Origin: Aliivibrio fischeri ES114
GTDB lineage: Bacteria; Pseudomonadota; Gammaproteobacteria; Enterobacterales; Vibrionaceae
Direction: 5' to 3' (one strand)
Assembly: GCF_000011805.1 (NCBI RefSeq)
Contig: NC_006840.2
DNA: 32,000 bases
Shown here piece by piece: positions 1-10,333 of this stretch. The position numbers and the translations under genes are program-made. The notes under the pieces are model-generated. The model made no database searches. It saw nothing but the letters and a program-made list of their open reading frames with translations, and was not told the origin of the DNA. The stretch's first letter is position 1. Each line of letters opens with the position of its first letter.

Positions 1-400
1 GCTGAGCTTCGTCGATAGCAACAATGGTCTGGTAGCCTTTTTCGTTTTCACTTTTTAAGTAGTGAACAATGTTATCGGTTAGCTGCTTTAATGAAGCAAG
101 AGAAGAATACGCAATTTCAAATTCATCGCAAATCGCTTCTAATAGTTCTTGAGCACTAAACATAGGGTTTAAAATTAAAGCTAAATTCACCTTTTCATCT
201 AACTGAGAAAATAACGCTCTTGAAACCGTTGTTTTACCTGTCCCTACTTCCCCAGTTAATAATGCAAAACCACCACCTTGCCCTAAACCAGATAATAGGT
301 AATTCAATGCTTCTTTATGACGCTCACTTAGATAAAGAAATCGTGCATTCGGGGTCATTGAAAATGGCAACTCATCAAAGCCAAAAAAATCTTGGTACAT
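1..400 (-). CDS. GspA/ExeA-like (MshM-like) AAA ATPase, N-terminal part; runs off the window edge
   Basis: Manual reverse-strand translation from the ATG at 400: MYQDFFGFDELPFSMTPNARFLYLSERHKEALNYLLSGLGQGGGFALLTGEVGTGKTTVSRAL... ending ...TIVAIDEAQ; Walker A (GEVGTGKT) and Walker B (VAIDEAQ) are present. Confidence 0.85.
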   Translation of the reverse strand, partial: MYQDFFGFDELPFSMTPNARFLYLSERHKEALNYLLSGLGQGGGFALLTGEVGTGKTTVSRALFSQLDEKVNLALILNPMFSAQELLEAICDEFEIAYSSLASLKQLTDNIVHYLKSENEKGYQTIVAIDEAQ

Positions 401-536
401 AAGGTTAAATCTATCCTAATCAGCTCAACAAAAAAAGCATGGGAATAAAAAGTCGAAAAACTCTATTTGCACGGTATCATTGGATGTAAGAAAGTAAAGA
501 AAGTTCTCTTTATCTTGGCAGCGATTAGGACAAAAC

Positions 537-1760
537 GTGAAAATTTATTTAGTTGGCGGTGCAGTTCGAGATTCACTTCTCAATATTGATGTAAAAGACA
601 AAGACTGGGTTGTTGTTGGTTCGACTCCACAGAAAATGGATTCTCTCGGTTATCAAACCGTTGGACAAGATTTCCCTGTGTTTCTGAACCCGAAAACTAA
701 AGAAGAATACGCACTCGCCCGAACGGAACGAAAAAGCGGTCAAGGTTATAAAGGATTTACTTGCTATGCAGAGCCAGATGTCACATTAGAAGAAGATTTA
801 TTACGCCGAGACCTAACAATTAATGCCATCGCTCAAGCTGATAATGGTGAGCTCATCGACCCTTATAATGGCCAACAAGACATTATAGACCGCACACTTC
901 GCCATGTATCTGATGCATTTACTGAAGATCCCTTGCGAGTTCTGCGTGTCGCTCGTTTTGCTGCTCGTTTTCATCATTTAGGCTTTACGGTTGCCCCTGA
1001 AACCATGCATCTAATGAAAGTATTAGTGGATAGTGGTGAACTCTCTCATTTAACAGCTGAGCGAGTGTGGCAAGAGTGGCAAAAATCATTATCTAGCCAG
1101 CACCCTGAAATCTTTCTTTCTACGCTAAAAGAGTGTGGTGCTCTTGCTATTGTGCTACCTGAACTCAATGCTTTATTTGGTATACCACAACCAGAAAAGT
1201 GGCACCCTGAAATTGATACGGGAATTCACACCCTAATGGTCGCTCAGCAAGCAGCTCTATTAAGCCAAGACTTACCGACTCGCTTTGCAGCGCAAGTGCA
1301 TGACCTTGGGAAAGGTGTCACGCCAGAATCAGAATGGCCAAGCCATAAACTGCATTGCCATACAGGGATAAAACTGATTAAAAGATTGTGTGATCGTGTT
1401 CGTGTACCAAATGACTATCGAGATCTTGCTCTATTAGTATGTGAGCATCACTCTAATATCCACAGAGCAGCAGAATTACGAGCACAAACCTTCATTAAAA
1501 TATTCGATAAAATGGATGTGTGGCGTAAACCAGAGCGCTTAGCTCCTATACTACTTTGCTGCCAAGCTGATCATGCAGGAAGATTGGGGTTAGAAACTCA
1601 ACCTTACCCACAAAAAAAACGTTTTGAAGCGGCATTTGATGCTGCAAAAAATGTGGAAGTGAAAGATGTGGTTGCAGCAGGATTTAAAGGACCTGAGATC
1701 AGAGAAGAGTTAAGCAAAAGACGAATTGAAGCGGTGAAAGATAAGTTGAATATCAAATAA
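537..1760 (+). CDS. cca: Multifunctional CCA tRNA nucleotidyltransferase with HD domain
   Basis: 407 aa; N-terminal [15 protein letters not shown] nucleotidyltransferase motif, [13 protein letters not shown], and HD-domain motif VHDLGKG. Confidence 0.96.
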   Translation: MKIYLVGGAVRDSLLNIDVKDKDWVVVGSTPQKMDSLGYQTVGQDFPVFLNPKTKEEYALARTERKSGQGYKGFTCYAEPDVTLEEDLLRRDLTINAIAQADNGELIDPYNGQQDIIDRTLRHVSDAFTEDPLRVLRVARFAARFHHLGFTVAPETMHLMKVLVDSGELSHLTAERVWQEWQKSLSSQHPEIFLSTLKECGALAIVLPELNALFGIPQPEKWHPEIDTGIHTLMVAQQAALLSQDLPTRFAAQVHDLGKGVTPESEWPSHKLHCHTGIKLIKRLCDRVRVPNDYRDLALLVCEHHSNIHRAAELRAQTFIKIFDKMDVWRKPERLAPILLCCQADHAGRLGLETQPYPQKKRFEAAFDAAKNVEVKDVVAAGFKGPEIREELSKRRIEAVKDKLNIK

Positions 1761-1776
1761 GCTATACGCACGCTAA

Positions 1777-1795
1777 CTAGAACGCTTCGCTCTAG
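1777..1795. repeat. Small imperfect hairpin CTAGAACG-CTT-CGCTCTAG
   Basis: Read directly: ctagaacgcttcgctctag; 8-bp arms with one A/C mismatch (G-U wobble on the minus strand), 17 bp after the cca stop. Confidence 0.5.
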
Positions 1796-1810
1796 AAACT
1801 ATAAAAGCCA

Positions 1811-1904
1811 AGGTTTCAGGTTTCAGGTTTCAGGTTTCAGGTTTCAGGTTTCAGGTTTCAGGTTTCAGGTTTCAGGTTTCAGGTTTCAGGTTTCAGGTTT
1901 CAGG
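1811..1904. repeat. 7-bp tandem repeat (AGGTTTC)n, about 13.4 copies
   Basis: Uninterrupted aggtttc units from 1811 to 1904, in the convergent cca/uppP intergenic region. Confidence 0.97.
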
Positions 1905-1990
1905 AAAATCAAAACCGAATACACCCAAAACCTGCAAGCATAATATCCTAAAGCCTAGAACATTGTCACTCTAGCAATACTTGCTCTATC

Positions 1991-2027
1991 GTCTCTAGTC
2001 TCTAGTCTCTAGTCTCTAGTCTCTAGT
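1991..2027. repeat. 7-bp tandem repeat (GTCTCTA)n, about 5.3 copies
   Basis: gtctctagtctctagtctctagtctctagtctctagt read directly; overlaps the uppP stop codon (TAG on the minus strand, 2023-2025). Confidence 0.95.
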
Positions 2028-2826
2028 GCAAAGCTAACCATACCAATAGGCTTGAACCTAATAAGATACGGTAGATAACAAACGGCATCATCCCCATACT
2101 TGAAATCAGCTTCAAAAAGAAATGAATACAGATATAGGCACTAATAAAAGAGACAATCACACCAGTACTTAATAAGCCTAAGTGAATTGAAATATCACTC
2201 ATCGCTAATTTAAGACCAAGATAAGATCCAGCAAGTGTAATAATTGGAATGGACATTAGGAAAGAAAAACGTGCCGCTGCCTCACGAGTAAATCCAAGAT
2301 ACAGCGCTGCGGTAATTGTGATTCCTGAACGAGAAGTACCTGGGATCATCGCCATTGCCTGAGCGATACCTAAAAATAACGCTTTTTTCCACGTCATTTG
2401 GTACTCATCTTTTGCTAACGTTGCATTTTTATCTACCCACCAAAGCAATAAACCAAAAACAATCGTTGTTGCAGCAATAACCCATGCACTACGTAAATAT
2501 ATTTCAATAAAATCTTTAAATAGTAAGCCAAATAAAGCCGCTGGAATCGTAGCTAACACGATTAACCAAGCCAAATTTGATTCCTTGTTATGCTCTTTTT
2601 TTACAATAGAACCGACCCAAGCTGTTAATAATGTCACCACTTCTTTTCTAAAGTAGATAACCACCGCGGCTAATGTTCCAACGTGAACGGCGACATCAAA
2701 AGCTAAACCTTGATCTGACCAGCCTAAAATTGCAGAGGGTAAAATTAAATGAGCTGAACTTGAGATAGGTAAAAACTCTGTGAATCCTTGCAGAAGAGCA
2801 AGAAAGAAAGCTTCAAAGTACGTCAT
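2023..2826 (-). CDS. uppP: Undecaprenyl-diphosphatase (UppP/BacA)
   Basis: 267 aa; characteristic [19 protein letters not shown] and [17 protein letters not shown] motifs. Confidence 0.96.
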   Translation of the reverse strand: MTYFEAFFLALLQGFTEFLPISSSAHLILPSAILGWSDQGLAFDVAVHVGTLAAVVIYFRKEVVTLLTAWVGSIVKKEHNKESNLAWLIVLATIPAALFGLLFKDFIEIYLRSAWVIAATTIVFGLLLWWVDKNATLAKDEYQMTWKKALFLGIAQAMAMIPGTSRSGITITAALYLGFTREAAARFSFLMSIPIITLAGSYLGLKLAMSDISIHLGLLSTGVIVSFISAYICIHFFLKLISSMGMMPFVIYRILLGSSLLVWLALH

Positions 2827-2835
2827 GATATTCCA

Positions 2836-3324
2836 TTAAGACCTTAAGTTAATTAACGCGGGTTTGAGTGATTGATTGTGAGTGAAATGATTCCATATCT
2901 CACTAATGGTTGTTTTTGTACCAGGTACAATTAAATCGGGATTAAGCTCAACAAGAGGCAAAATAGCAAATGCAAACTTAAATAGATCCTCTCTCGGTAA
3001 TTTAGGATCATTATTTGAGATCACATCACCATACAACAAGATATCCAGATCTAACGTACGATCTTGATTCTTTTGTGCATCAGGTAATCTTCCCCATTTT
3101 AGTTCAATCGCACGTAATCGAGCTGCAAGTTCACTTAATGAACACGTAACTTCTAATTCAGCGACTAAATTAAAAAAATTATTACTTAAAAAGCCTACAG
3201 GCTCAGCCTCATATACAGTTGATATTTGAGTAATGCTTCCTAACAGCTTTAACTCATCTATCGCAGCCTTTACATGCTTTTCTGGTTCAATATTGGAGCC
3301 AATGCCAATATAAGTTGTGATCAT
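2836..3324 (-). CDS. folK: 2-amino-4-hydroxy-6-hydroxymethyldihydropteridine pyrophosphokinase
   Basis: 162 aa; TYIGIGSNIEPEKHV and NRTLDLDILLYG signature; overlaps folB by 4 bp. Confidence 0.93.
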   Translation of the reverse strand: MITTYIGIGSNIEPEKHVKAAIDELKLLGSITQISTVYEAEPVGFLSNNFFNLVAELEVTCSLSELAARLRAIELKWGRLPDAQKNQDRTLDLDILLYGDVISNNDPKLPREDLFKFAFAILPLVELNPDLIVPGTKTTISEIWNHFTHNQSLKPALINLRS

Positions 3325-3674
3325 TTACTTCCTCGCTCAATCACAACACCGACGCTATGCGCATTTACAACTGCACCAGGTTTAGATAAATGAATTCGAA
3401 CCCAAGGAACAGAAAAACGAGTCATGATTAGCTCGGCAATTTCTTCAGCTACACGTTCAACTAATAAAAATCGACCATTTTGAATATACTCTGTTACTGC
3501 TTCGCTCACTTCTGCATAATTTAAACAATGCTCAACATCGTCGGATTTTGCTGCTGGTTTGTTATCGTGAGCCATATCAATATCTAATACGAGCTTTTGT
3601 TTAATTCCCTGTTCCCATTCATAAACACCAATGGTGGTAATTACTTCAAGCTGTTTTATAAATACTAAATCCAT
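3321..3674 (-). CDS. folB: Dihydroneopterin aldolase
   Basis: 117 aa; MDLVFIKQLEVITTIGVYEWEQ...; adjacent to folK. Confidence 0.93.
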   Translation of the reverse strand: MDLVFIKQLEVITTIGVYEWEQGIKQKLVLDIDMAHDNKPAAKSDDVEHCLNYAEVSEAVTEYIQNGRFLLVERVAEEIAELIMTRFSVPWVRIHLSKPGAVVNAHSVGVVIERGSK

Positions 3675-3819
3675 CTTTGATCACACTTTTTATTAAGAGG
3701 TCGGATACCCATCAAAAGAAAAACAACGTAATATTGATATTACTTTGCTCAATGTGTCGAGCAATATACTATAAAAATGATTTCTGATCGCTCTCGATCG
3801 TTTAAATTAAGGCTCATTC

Positions 3820-4416
3820 ATGACCCCTCTTGCACTAATTATGATCATCATCGCCTATCTGCTAGGATCGATCTCTAGTGCGGTTTTAATTTGCCGATTA
3901 AAAGGGTTACCTGACCCTCGAACTTCTGGCTCTCATAATCCAGGTGCCACTAATGTATTTAGAATTGGTGGAAGAAGTGCTGCAGGGCTAGTCCTCTTAT
4001 GCGATATCCTAAAAGGAATGTTACCTGTATGGGGTGGTTATTTTCTTGAAATAAATCCTTTTATGCTTGGTATCATTGCGATCTCTGCTTGCTTAGGTCA
4101 CATGTACCCGCTCTTTTTCCATTTTAAAGGTGGTAAAGGTGTTGCGACCGCTCTTGGAGCATTAGCCCCGATAGGATTAGATTTAACAGGTATGTTATTT
4201 GGTTGCTGGGTCGTCACTGTACTTGTAACTGGATACTCTTCATTAGCTTCAATGATCACCGCTTTACTTGCCCCTCTATTTACTTGGCTTGTAAAACCTC
4301 AATATACCTTACCTGTTGCTATGCTCTCTTGCTTAATCGTTTTAAAGCATCATGAAAATATAAAACGTTTCTTTGAAGGCAAAGAGACAAAAATATGGCA
4401 AAGAAAAAGGGACTAA
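3820..4416 (+). CDS. plsY: Glycerol-3-phosphate acyltransferase PlsY
   Basis: 198 aa; [33 protein letters not shown] and [12 protein letters not shown] motifs. Confidence 0.95.
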   Translation: MTPLALIMIIIAYLLGSISSAVLICRLKGLPDPRTSGSHNPGATNVFRIGGRSAAGLVLLCDILKGMLPVWGGYFLEINPFMLGIIAISACLGHMYPLFFHFKGGKGVATALGALAPIGLDLTGMLFGCWVVTVLVTGYSSLASMITALLAPLFTWLVKPQYTLPVAMLSCLIVLKHHENIKRFFEGKETKIWQRKRD

Positions 4417-4467
4417 ATAGCCCCTTTATATAGATAACGATCTTTTATGATCCAAACGGATCACTTT

Positions 4468-5484
4468 TTATTTAATTGGCGCTAACTGATCTATTGGCCA
4501 ACGAGGTTTAGCTTGAACCGCTAAATCTGTCGTTTCGCCGTTTTTCAAACGTTGAATTCCAGCGTAAGCGATCATGGCACCATTATCGGTACAAAATTCA
4601 GTTCGAGGGTAATACACCTCACCACCAATTTTCTTCATCATCACTTCTAGTTCTTGGCGTAAATATTTATTCGCACTTACGCCACCAGCCATCACTAAAC
4701 GTTTCATGCCTGTTTGCTTTAAAGCTCGGCGACATTTAATCGCTAATGTATCAACTACCGCTTCCTGAAAAGCAAAAGCAATATCAGCTCGTGTTTGTAG
4801 ATCATCTTCATTGCCACGAATCGTATTTGCAGCAAATGTTTTCAAACCAGAAAAACTAAAATCCAAGCCAGGGCGATCGGTCATAGGGCGTGGGAATTTA
4901 AAACGCCCTTTTGTACCACTCTCTGCTAATTTAGAAAGTAATGGACCACCAGGGTAATCTAATCCCATCAGTTTTGCTGTTTTATCAAATGCTTCACCAG
5001 CCGCATCATCCACAGATTCACCAAGGATCTGATATTCACCAATGCCTTTTACTTCAACCATCATGGTGTGACCACCAGAAACAAGTAAAGCAACAAATGG
5101 AAATGCTGGTGGCTCATCCTCAAGCATTGGAGCAAGCAAATGCCCTTCCATATGATGGACAGGAATTGCAGGAACATCCCATGCATAAGCAATGCTTCGG
5201 CCAATAGTTGAACCAACAAGTAAGGCGCCCACTAGACCAGGGCCAGCAGTATACGCAATCCCATCGATATCATCTTTGGTTAAACCAGCATCATTTAGTG
5301 CTGCTTTAATCAACGGAATGGTCTTTTTAACATGATCACGAGAAGCCAATTCAGGCACTACACCGCCGTAATCAGCATGCAGTTTTACTTGGCTATACAG
5401 CTGATGAGCTAATAACCCTTTTTCATCATCATAAATCGCAACACCCGTTTCATCACACGAGGTTTCAATGCCTAAAATTCGCAT
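4468..5484 (-). CDS. tsaD: tRNA N6-adenosine threonylcarbamoyltransferase TsaD
   Basis: 338 aa; [19 protein letters not shown]..., [14 protein letters not shown] motifs. Confidence 0.97.
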   Translation of the reverse strand: MRILGIETSCDETGVAIYDDEKGLLAHQLYSQVKLHADYGGVVPELASRDHVKKTIPLIKAALNDAGLTKDDIDGIAYTAGPGLVGALLVGSTIGRSIAYAWDVPAIPVHHMEGHLLAPMLEDEPPAFPFVALLVSGGHTMMVEVKGIGEYQILGESVDDAAGEAFDKTAKLMGLDYPGGPLLSKLAESGTKGRFKFPRPMTDRPGLDFSFSGLKTFAANTIRGNEDDLQTRADIAFAFQEAVVDTLAIKCRRALKQTGMKRLVMAGGVSANKYLRQELEVMMKKIGGEVYYPRTEFCTDNGAMIAYAGIQRLKNGETTDLAVQAKPRWPIDQLAPIK

Positions 5485-5711
5485 ATTTTTCTCAGCTACC
5501 TGTTAATTTATCGCCATATTACCTACATCCCTGAGCTACCTCAAGCAAGGAGATGCCTTAAGAAGGCAAAATAAACAAAGAAATTACTCAATTCTTAATC
5601 AAGAATGCTTTACAAAGAGACTAGATCGGATTAAAATTCGGCACCAATTTGAATAATAGCTGGTTAATTATAACTACCAGCGAATTGACTAACACCTGAG
5701 GTGAAAGGCAT

Positions 5712-5927
5712 ATGCCAGTAGTTAAAGTACGTGAAAACGAACCGTTCGACGTTGCACTACGTCGTTTCAAGCGCTCTTGCGAAAAAGCAGGTATTCTTTC
5801 TGAAGTTCGCCGTCGTGAACATTACGAAAAACCTACTACAGTACGTAAACGCGCTAAAGCAGCAGCTCAAAAGCGTCACGCTAAGAAGCTGTCTCGCGAA
5901 AACGCACGTCGCGTTCGCCTGTACTAA
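5712..5927 (+). CDS. rpsU: 30S ribosomal protein S21
   Basis: 71 aa; [27 protein letters not shown]...; divergent from tsaD. Confidence 0.98.
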   Translation: MPVVKVRENEPFDVALRRFKRSCEKAGILSEVRRREHYEKPTTVRKRAKAAAQKRHAKKLSRENARRVRLY

Positions 5928-5956
5928 TAACTTACCTAACTATTTAGGACTAAGTT

Positions 5957-6400
5957 ATGGCTCTAATTGAACAACTCAAAGAAGAGCAAAAGTTAGCGAT
6001 GAAAGCCAAGGATAAATTACGCCTTGGCACTATTCGTTTAGCTTTATCTGAAATTAAACAGCGTGAAGTTGATGGTCAAACAACTTTGTCTGACGATGAA
6101 ATCATTGCTGTATTAACTAAGATGGTTAAACAACGTCGCGATTCAGTTTCGCAGTTTACTGCTGCTGGTCGTGATGATCTTGCTGAAAAAGAAAGTGCTG
6201 AAATTACAGTACTGGAAGATTTCATGCCACAAGCACTAACCGATGAAGAAGTTGCCGAGTTATTAGACAAAGCAATTACTGAATCAGGTGCCGCTGGTAT
6301 GCAGGATATGGGCAAGGTGATGGGCGTGTTAAAACCTCAAATCCAAGGCCGCGCTGACATGGGTAAAGTAAGCCAATTAGTTAAATCTAAACTGGCTTAA
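5957..6400 (+). CDS. YqeY/GatB-domain family protein
   Basis: 147 aa; MALIEQLKEEQKLAMKAKDKLRLGTIRLALSEIK... and GKVMGVLKPQIQGRADMGKVSQLVKSKL; lies between rpsU and dnaG. Confidence 0.92.
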   Translation: MALIEQLKEEQKLAMKAKDKLRLGTIRLALSEIKQREVDGQTTLSDDEIIAVLTKMVKQRRDSVSQFTAAGRDDLAEKESAEITVLEDFMPQALTDEEVAELLDKAITESGAAGMQDMGKVMGVLKPQIQGRADMGKVSQLVKSKLA

Positions 6401-6406
6401 TAATAC

Positions 6407-6453
6407 TCTATTTATAAAACAAGCCGTGCTATCTTTGATTGCACGGCTTGTTT
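6407..6453 (+). terminator. Possible hairpin/terminator upstream of dnaG
   Basis: aagccgtgctatctttgattgcacggcttgtttg: AAGCCGTGC/GCACGGCTT stem followed by a short T-rich run. Confidence 0.6.
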
Positions 6454-6475
6454 GTATCTACAGGAAAAAGAAAAA

Positions 6476-8239
6476 ATGGCTGGACATATCCCTCGCAGTT
6501 TTATTGATGAGCTTTTAAATCGACACGATATTGTCGATATTATTGACGCAAGAGTAAAACTGAAAAAACAAGGGAAAAACTATGGTGCCTGCTGTCCATT
6601 TCATAATGAAAAATCCCCTTCTTTCTCTGTAAGCCAAGAAAAACAATTTTATCACTGCTTCGGGTGTGGTGTTCATGGTAACGCCATTGACTTCCTTATG
6701 GAGTTTGACCGATTAGAATTTGTTGAAGCTATCGAAGAACTTGCATCTATGCTTGGTCTTGATGTGCCTCGCGAACAACGCAGTGGTTTTAATGCCCCAT
6801 CATCAGGTCCAACTGCAAATTCAGAACAAAAACGCAGTTTATATGACTTAATGGGCGGCATTAGTCAGTTTTATCGCTCCCAATTAAAATCCGCAGCAAA
6901 CATTCACGCAATCAACTATCTTAAAGATAGAGGTCTCTCTGGTGAGATTGTCCAAAAATTTGGTATTGGTTATATTGCTGATGAATGGGAGTTAGTTAAA
7001 AATAACTTTGGCCGCGATAAAGCATCACAAGATGCTCTTGTTAGCGGCGGGATGTTAATTGAAAGCGATAATGGGCGCCGTTACGATCGTTTCCGTGGCC
7101 GAGTCATGTTCCCGATCAGAGATCGCCGTGGTCGCGTTATTGGCTTCGGTGGACGCGTAATTGGTGAAGGTACTCCCAAATATTTAAATTCACCTGAAAC
7201 GCCTATTTTCCATAAAGGCAAAGAGCTTTATGGTTTATATGAAGCATTACAAGCCTACAAAGACTTACCACAAGCCTTAGTTGTTGAAGGTTATATGGAT
7301 GTAGTTGCCTTGGCTCAATATGGTGTCGACTATGCCGTTGCCTCTCTAGGAACAGCAACAACAGGCGATCATATGCAGCTTCTTTTCCGCCCAACCAGTA
7401 CTGTTGTTTGTTGTTATGACGGTGACCGAGCTGGACGCGAAGCGGCATGGCGAGCGATGGAGCAAGCGCTTCCCTATTTAAATGATGGGCGCCAACTTAA
7501 ATTTATGTTCTTACCTGATGGTGAAGATCCAGATACTTACATCCGTCAATATGGAAAAGAAGCATTCGAACAAGAAGTCGCTAACGCTGAATCACTAATC
7601 AACTTCATGTTTAGAACATTGGTTGACCAAATCGATACCAGTACACGTGAAGGGAAAGCAAAATTAACAACGCTTGCAGTGCCACTAATAGATAAAGTAC
7701 CGGGTGGCACATTACGCCTTTATTTACGTGAGCAACTTGGCAAAACGCTTGGAATTCTCGATGAAAGTCAATTACAGCAACTAATATCTAAACAAGGTGC
7801 TGTAGAGCCCAAACGTATCGCACAACCAGAAATAAAACGCACGGCTATGCGAGAAGTAATAACTTTATTATTACAAAACCCTGAACTTGCTCAATTAGTA
7901 CCAGATTTAGAAAGTGTTAAAGAAATTCCACTTCCTGGATTAAGTTTATTTCTTCAGCTACTTGAAAGTTGTCGACATAATCCCCATATCACCACAGGCC
8001 TGTTATTAGAACATTGGCGCGGTGATAAAAATGAAAAACTATTATCACGCTTGGCAGCATGGGAACTTCCTATAGACCAAGACAATATACAAGATGTATT
8101 TATGGATTCACTGGACAGTGTTTTAGCCCAGTGCATCAATCAACAAATTGAAAGTTTGCAGACGAAAGAAAGAACACTTGGCTTATCAGTCGAAGAAAAA
8201 AGGGAGCTGCTAGCCTTAATGCTAGAATTAAAAGCGTAG
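6476..8239 (+). CDS. dnaG: DNA primase
   Basis: ORF 6452..8239; likely true start MAGHIPRSFIDELLNRHDIVDIID at 6476; zinc-finger CPFHNEKSPSF...FHCFGC-like (YHCFGCGVHG) and TOPRIM VVEGYMDVVALAQ. Confidence 0.96.
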   Translation: MAGHIPRSFIDELLNRHDIVDIIDARVKLKKQGKNYGACCPFHNEKSPSFSVSQEKQFYHCFGCGVHGNAIDFLMEFDRLEFVEAIEELASMLGLDVPREQRSGFNAPSSGPTANSEQKRSLYDLMGGISQFYRSQLKSAANIHAINYLKDRGLSGEIVQKFGIGYIADEWELVKNNFGRDKASQDALVSGGMLIESDNGRRYDRFRGRVMFPIRDRRGRVIGFGGRVIGEGTPKYLNSPETPIFHKGKELYGLYEALQAYKDLPQALVVEGYMDVVALAQYGVDYAVASLGTATTGDHMQLLFRPTSTVVCCYDGDRAGREAAWRAMEQALPYLNDGRQLKFMFLPDGEDPDTYIRQYGKEAFEQEVANAESLINFMFRTLVDQIDTSTREGKAKLTTLAVPLIDKVPGGTLRLYLREQLGKTLGILDESQLQQLISKQGAVEPKRIAQPEIKRTAMREVITLLLQNPELAQLVPDLESVKEIPLPGLSLFLQLLESCRHNPHITTGLLLEHWRGDKNEKLLSRLAAWELPIDQDNIQDVFMDSLDSVLAQCINQQIESLQTKERTLGLSVEEKRELLALMLELKA

Positions 8240-8338
8240 AACCCAAATTGTCGTCATCAATGAAAAAATTTGTTATTATTAGTGGTTTGCATATCGCATA
8301 CTAATTCCGTCACACAGACCAGAAGTAGGATACCGTCT

Positions 8339-10180
8339 ATGGATCAAAATCCGCAGTCACAGCTAAAATTACTTGTAATCAAAGGCAAGGAACAAGGCTA
8401 CCTGACCTACGCAGAAGTTAACGATCACCTACCAGAAGAGATTGTCGATTCTGAGCAGGTTGAAGATATTATCCAAATGATCAATGACATGGGTATCAAA
8501 GTGGTAGAAACCGCTCCTGATGCTGATGACATGTCATTAAATGATGATGATGCCGTAACTGATGAAGATGCAGCAGAAGCCGCTGCAGCAGCACTATCAA
8601 GTGTAGAAAGTGAAATTGGCCGTACAACTGACCCAGTACGTATGTACATGCGTGAAATGGGCACAGTTGAACTTCTTACTCGTGAAGGCGAAATTGACAT
8701 CGCTAAACGTATTGAAGAAGGTATCAACGAAGTTCAGTGTTCTGTTGCTGAATTCCCTGGCGCTATTTCATACTTACTAGAACAGTTTGACAAAGTACAA
8801 ACTGAAGAAATTCGTTTAACTGACATTATTTCAGGATTTGTTGATCCAAATGATGACGGTTCGTCTGCACCAACAGCAACTCATATCGGTTCTGAATTAA
8901 GCGAATCTGAGCTTGATGATGAAGATGATGAAGATGCAGAAGGTGAAACGGAAGAAGAAGAAGATGCAGGTATCGACCCTGAACTTGCTCTAGAGAAATT
9001 CACAGAGCTTCGAACTTCTTACCACAACATGCAATTAGCATTTGAAGAATTTGGTCGCGATGATGCAAAATCACGCGAAGCGATTGGTGAATTAACGGAT
9101 ATTTTCCGTGAGTTTAAACTGATCCCTAAACAATTCGACTACCTAGTAAAAGAAATGCGTGATGGTATGGATCGTGTTCGTACACAAGAGCGCCTAATTA
9201 TGCGTATGTGTGTTGAATACGGAAAAATGCCTAAGAAATCATTCATTGCACTGTTCACAGGTAATGAATCTTCTGATGAGTGGTTCAATGAAATTATGGC
9301 TTCAGATAAGCCATATGTTGAGCGTCTACAACGTTACGAAGAAGATATTCGCCGCTCTATCGCAAAACTAGATAGCATCGAAAAAGAAACAGGTTTACCT
9401 GTAGAGAATATTAAAGACATCAGCCGTCGTATGTCTATCGGTGAAGCAAAAGCTCGCCGTGCGAAAAAAGAGATGGTTGAAGCAAACTTACGTCTTGTAA
9501 TCTCTATTGCTAAAAAATACACAAACCGTGGTCTTCAATTCCTAGATCTTATCCAAGAGGGTAACATTGGTCTAATGAAGGCAGTAGATAAGTTTGAATA
9601 CCGCCGTGGTTACAAATTCTCTACTTACGCTACATGGTGGATCCGTCAAGCTATCACTCGTTCGATTGCTGACCAAGCACGTACGATCCGTATTCCAGTA
9701 CACATGATCGAAACGATCAATAAACTGAATCGTATCTCGCGTCAAATGCTACAAGAAATGGGCCGTGAACCACTACCTGAAGAGCTTGCTGAACGCATGC
9801 AAATGCCAGAAGACAAGATCCGTAAGGTTCTGAAGATCGCTAAAGAGCCTATCTCAATGGAAACACCAATCGGTGATGATGAAGATTCGCACCTAGGTGA
9901 TTTCATCGAGGATAACACGCTTGAACTACCAGTGGACTCAGCTACATCAACTAGCTTGAAGTTTGCTACAAATGATGTTCTTGCAGGTTTAACTCCTCGT
10001 GAAGCAAAAGTGCTTCGTATGCGTTTTGGTATCGACATGAATACTGACCATACTCTAGAAGAAGTGGGTAAACAATTTGATGTAACACGTGAGCGTATTC
10101 GTCAAATCGAAGCAAAAGCGCTTCGTAAACTGCGTCACCCAAGTCGTTCTGAAGTATTACGTAGCTTCTTAGACGAATAA
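8339..10180 (+). CDS. rpoD: RNA polymerase primary sigma factor (sigma-70)
   Basis: ORF track opens at 8270, but [32 protein letters not shown] starts at 8339; region 2 [31 protein letters not shown] and region 4 [22 protein letters not shown]. Confidence 0.97.
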   Translation: MDQNPQSQLKLLVIKGKEQGYLTYAEVNDHLPEEIVDSEQVEDIIQMINDMGIKVVETAPDADDMSLNDDDAVTDEDAAEAAAAALSSVESEIGRTTDPVRMYMREMGTVELLTREGEIDIAKRIEEGINEVQCSVAEFPGAISYLLEQFDKVQTEEIRLTDIISGFVDPNDDGSSAPTATHIGSELSESELDDEDDEDAEGETEEEEDAGIDPELALEKFTELRTSYHNMQLAFEEFGRDDAKSREAIGELTDIFREFKLIPKQFDYLVKEMRDGMDRVRTQERLIMRMCVEYGKMPKKSFIALFTGNESSDEWFNEIMASDKPYVERLQRYEEDIRRSIAKLDSIEKETGLPVENIKDISRRMSIGEAKARRAKKEMVEANLRLVISIAKKYTNRGLQFLDLIQEGNIGLMKAVDKFEYRRGYKFSTYATWWIRQAITRSIADQARTIRIPVHMIETINKLNRISRQMLQEMGREPLPEELAERMQMPEDKIRKVLKIAKEPISMETPIGDDEDSHLGDFIEDNTLELPVDSATSTSLKFATNDVLAGLTPREAKVLRMRFGIDMNTDHTLEEVGKQFDVTRERIRQIEAKALRKLRHPSRSEVLRSFLDE

Positions 10181-10207
10181 TTAAACACGATTATTTGTTA
10201 ATAGAAT

Positions 10208-10238
10208 CAAAAAGGTGGGCTTAGGTTCACCTTTTTTC
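10208..10238 (+). terminator. Rho-independent terminator of rpoD
   Basis: aaaaaggtgggcttaggttcacctttttt: short GC-containing stem followed by a T-run. Confidence 0.75.
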
Positions 10239-10290
10239 GATCTGAACGCATATTTTCAATCAACTGATTAAAAAGCAGACGCCTTATGTC

Positions 10291-10319
10291 TAGACACTGT
10301 TTTCATCTTCCCCTATAAT
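10291..10319 (+). promoter_or_regulatory. Predicted sigma-70 promoter for the tRNA gene
   Basis: TAGACA (10291-10296), 17-bp spacer, TATAAT (10314-10319), 14 bp ahead of the tRNA. Confidence 0.7.
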
Positions 10320-10333
10320 CAACCACCTACAAA

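Noticed and set aside
220-402. 60-aa plus-strand ORF at the window start
   Set aside because: It is antisense to the well-supported GspA/ExeA-like ATPase gene with Walker A and B motifs.
1811-2027. Possible CRISPR array in the repeat-rich cca-uppP region
   Set aside because: The repeats are contiguous 7-mers with no unique spacers and no cas genes nearby.
4941-5207. 88-aa ORF antisense to tsaD
   Set aside because: Low-complexity Gln/His-rich shadow translation fully inside a conserved gene; no RBS support.
5731-5970. 79-aa ORF overlapping rpsU in another frame
   Set aside because: Alternate-frame reading of rpsU, whose own product is unambiguous.
8425-8727. Serine-rich antisense ORFs inside rpoD (also 9334..9522 and 9742..10038)
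   Set aside because: Typical antisense shadows of a codon-biased gene; no homology recognised.
8930-8975. Acidic D/E-rich low-complexity stretch in rpoD ([21 protein letters not shown])
   Set aside because: The linker between regions 1.1 and 1.2 of gamma-proteobacterial RpoD is commonly acidic; not unusual.
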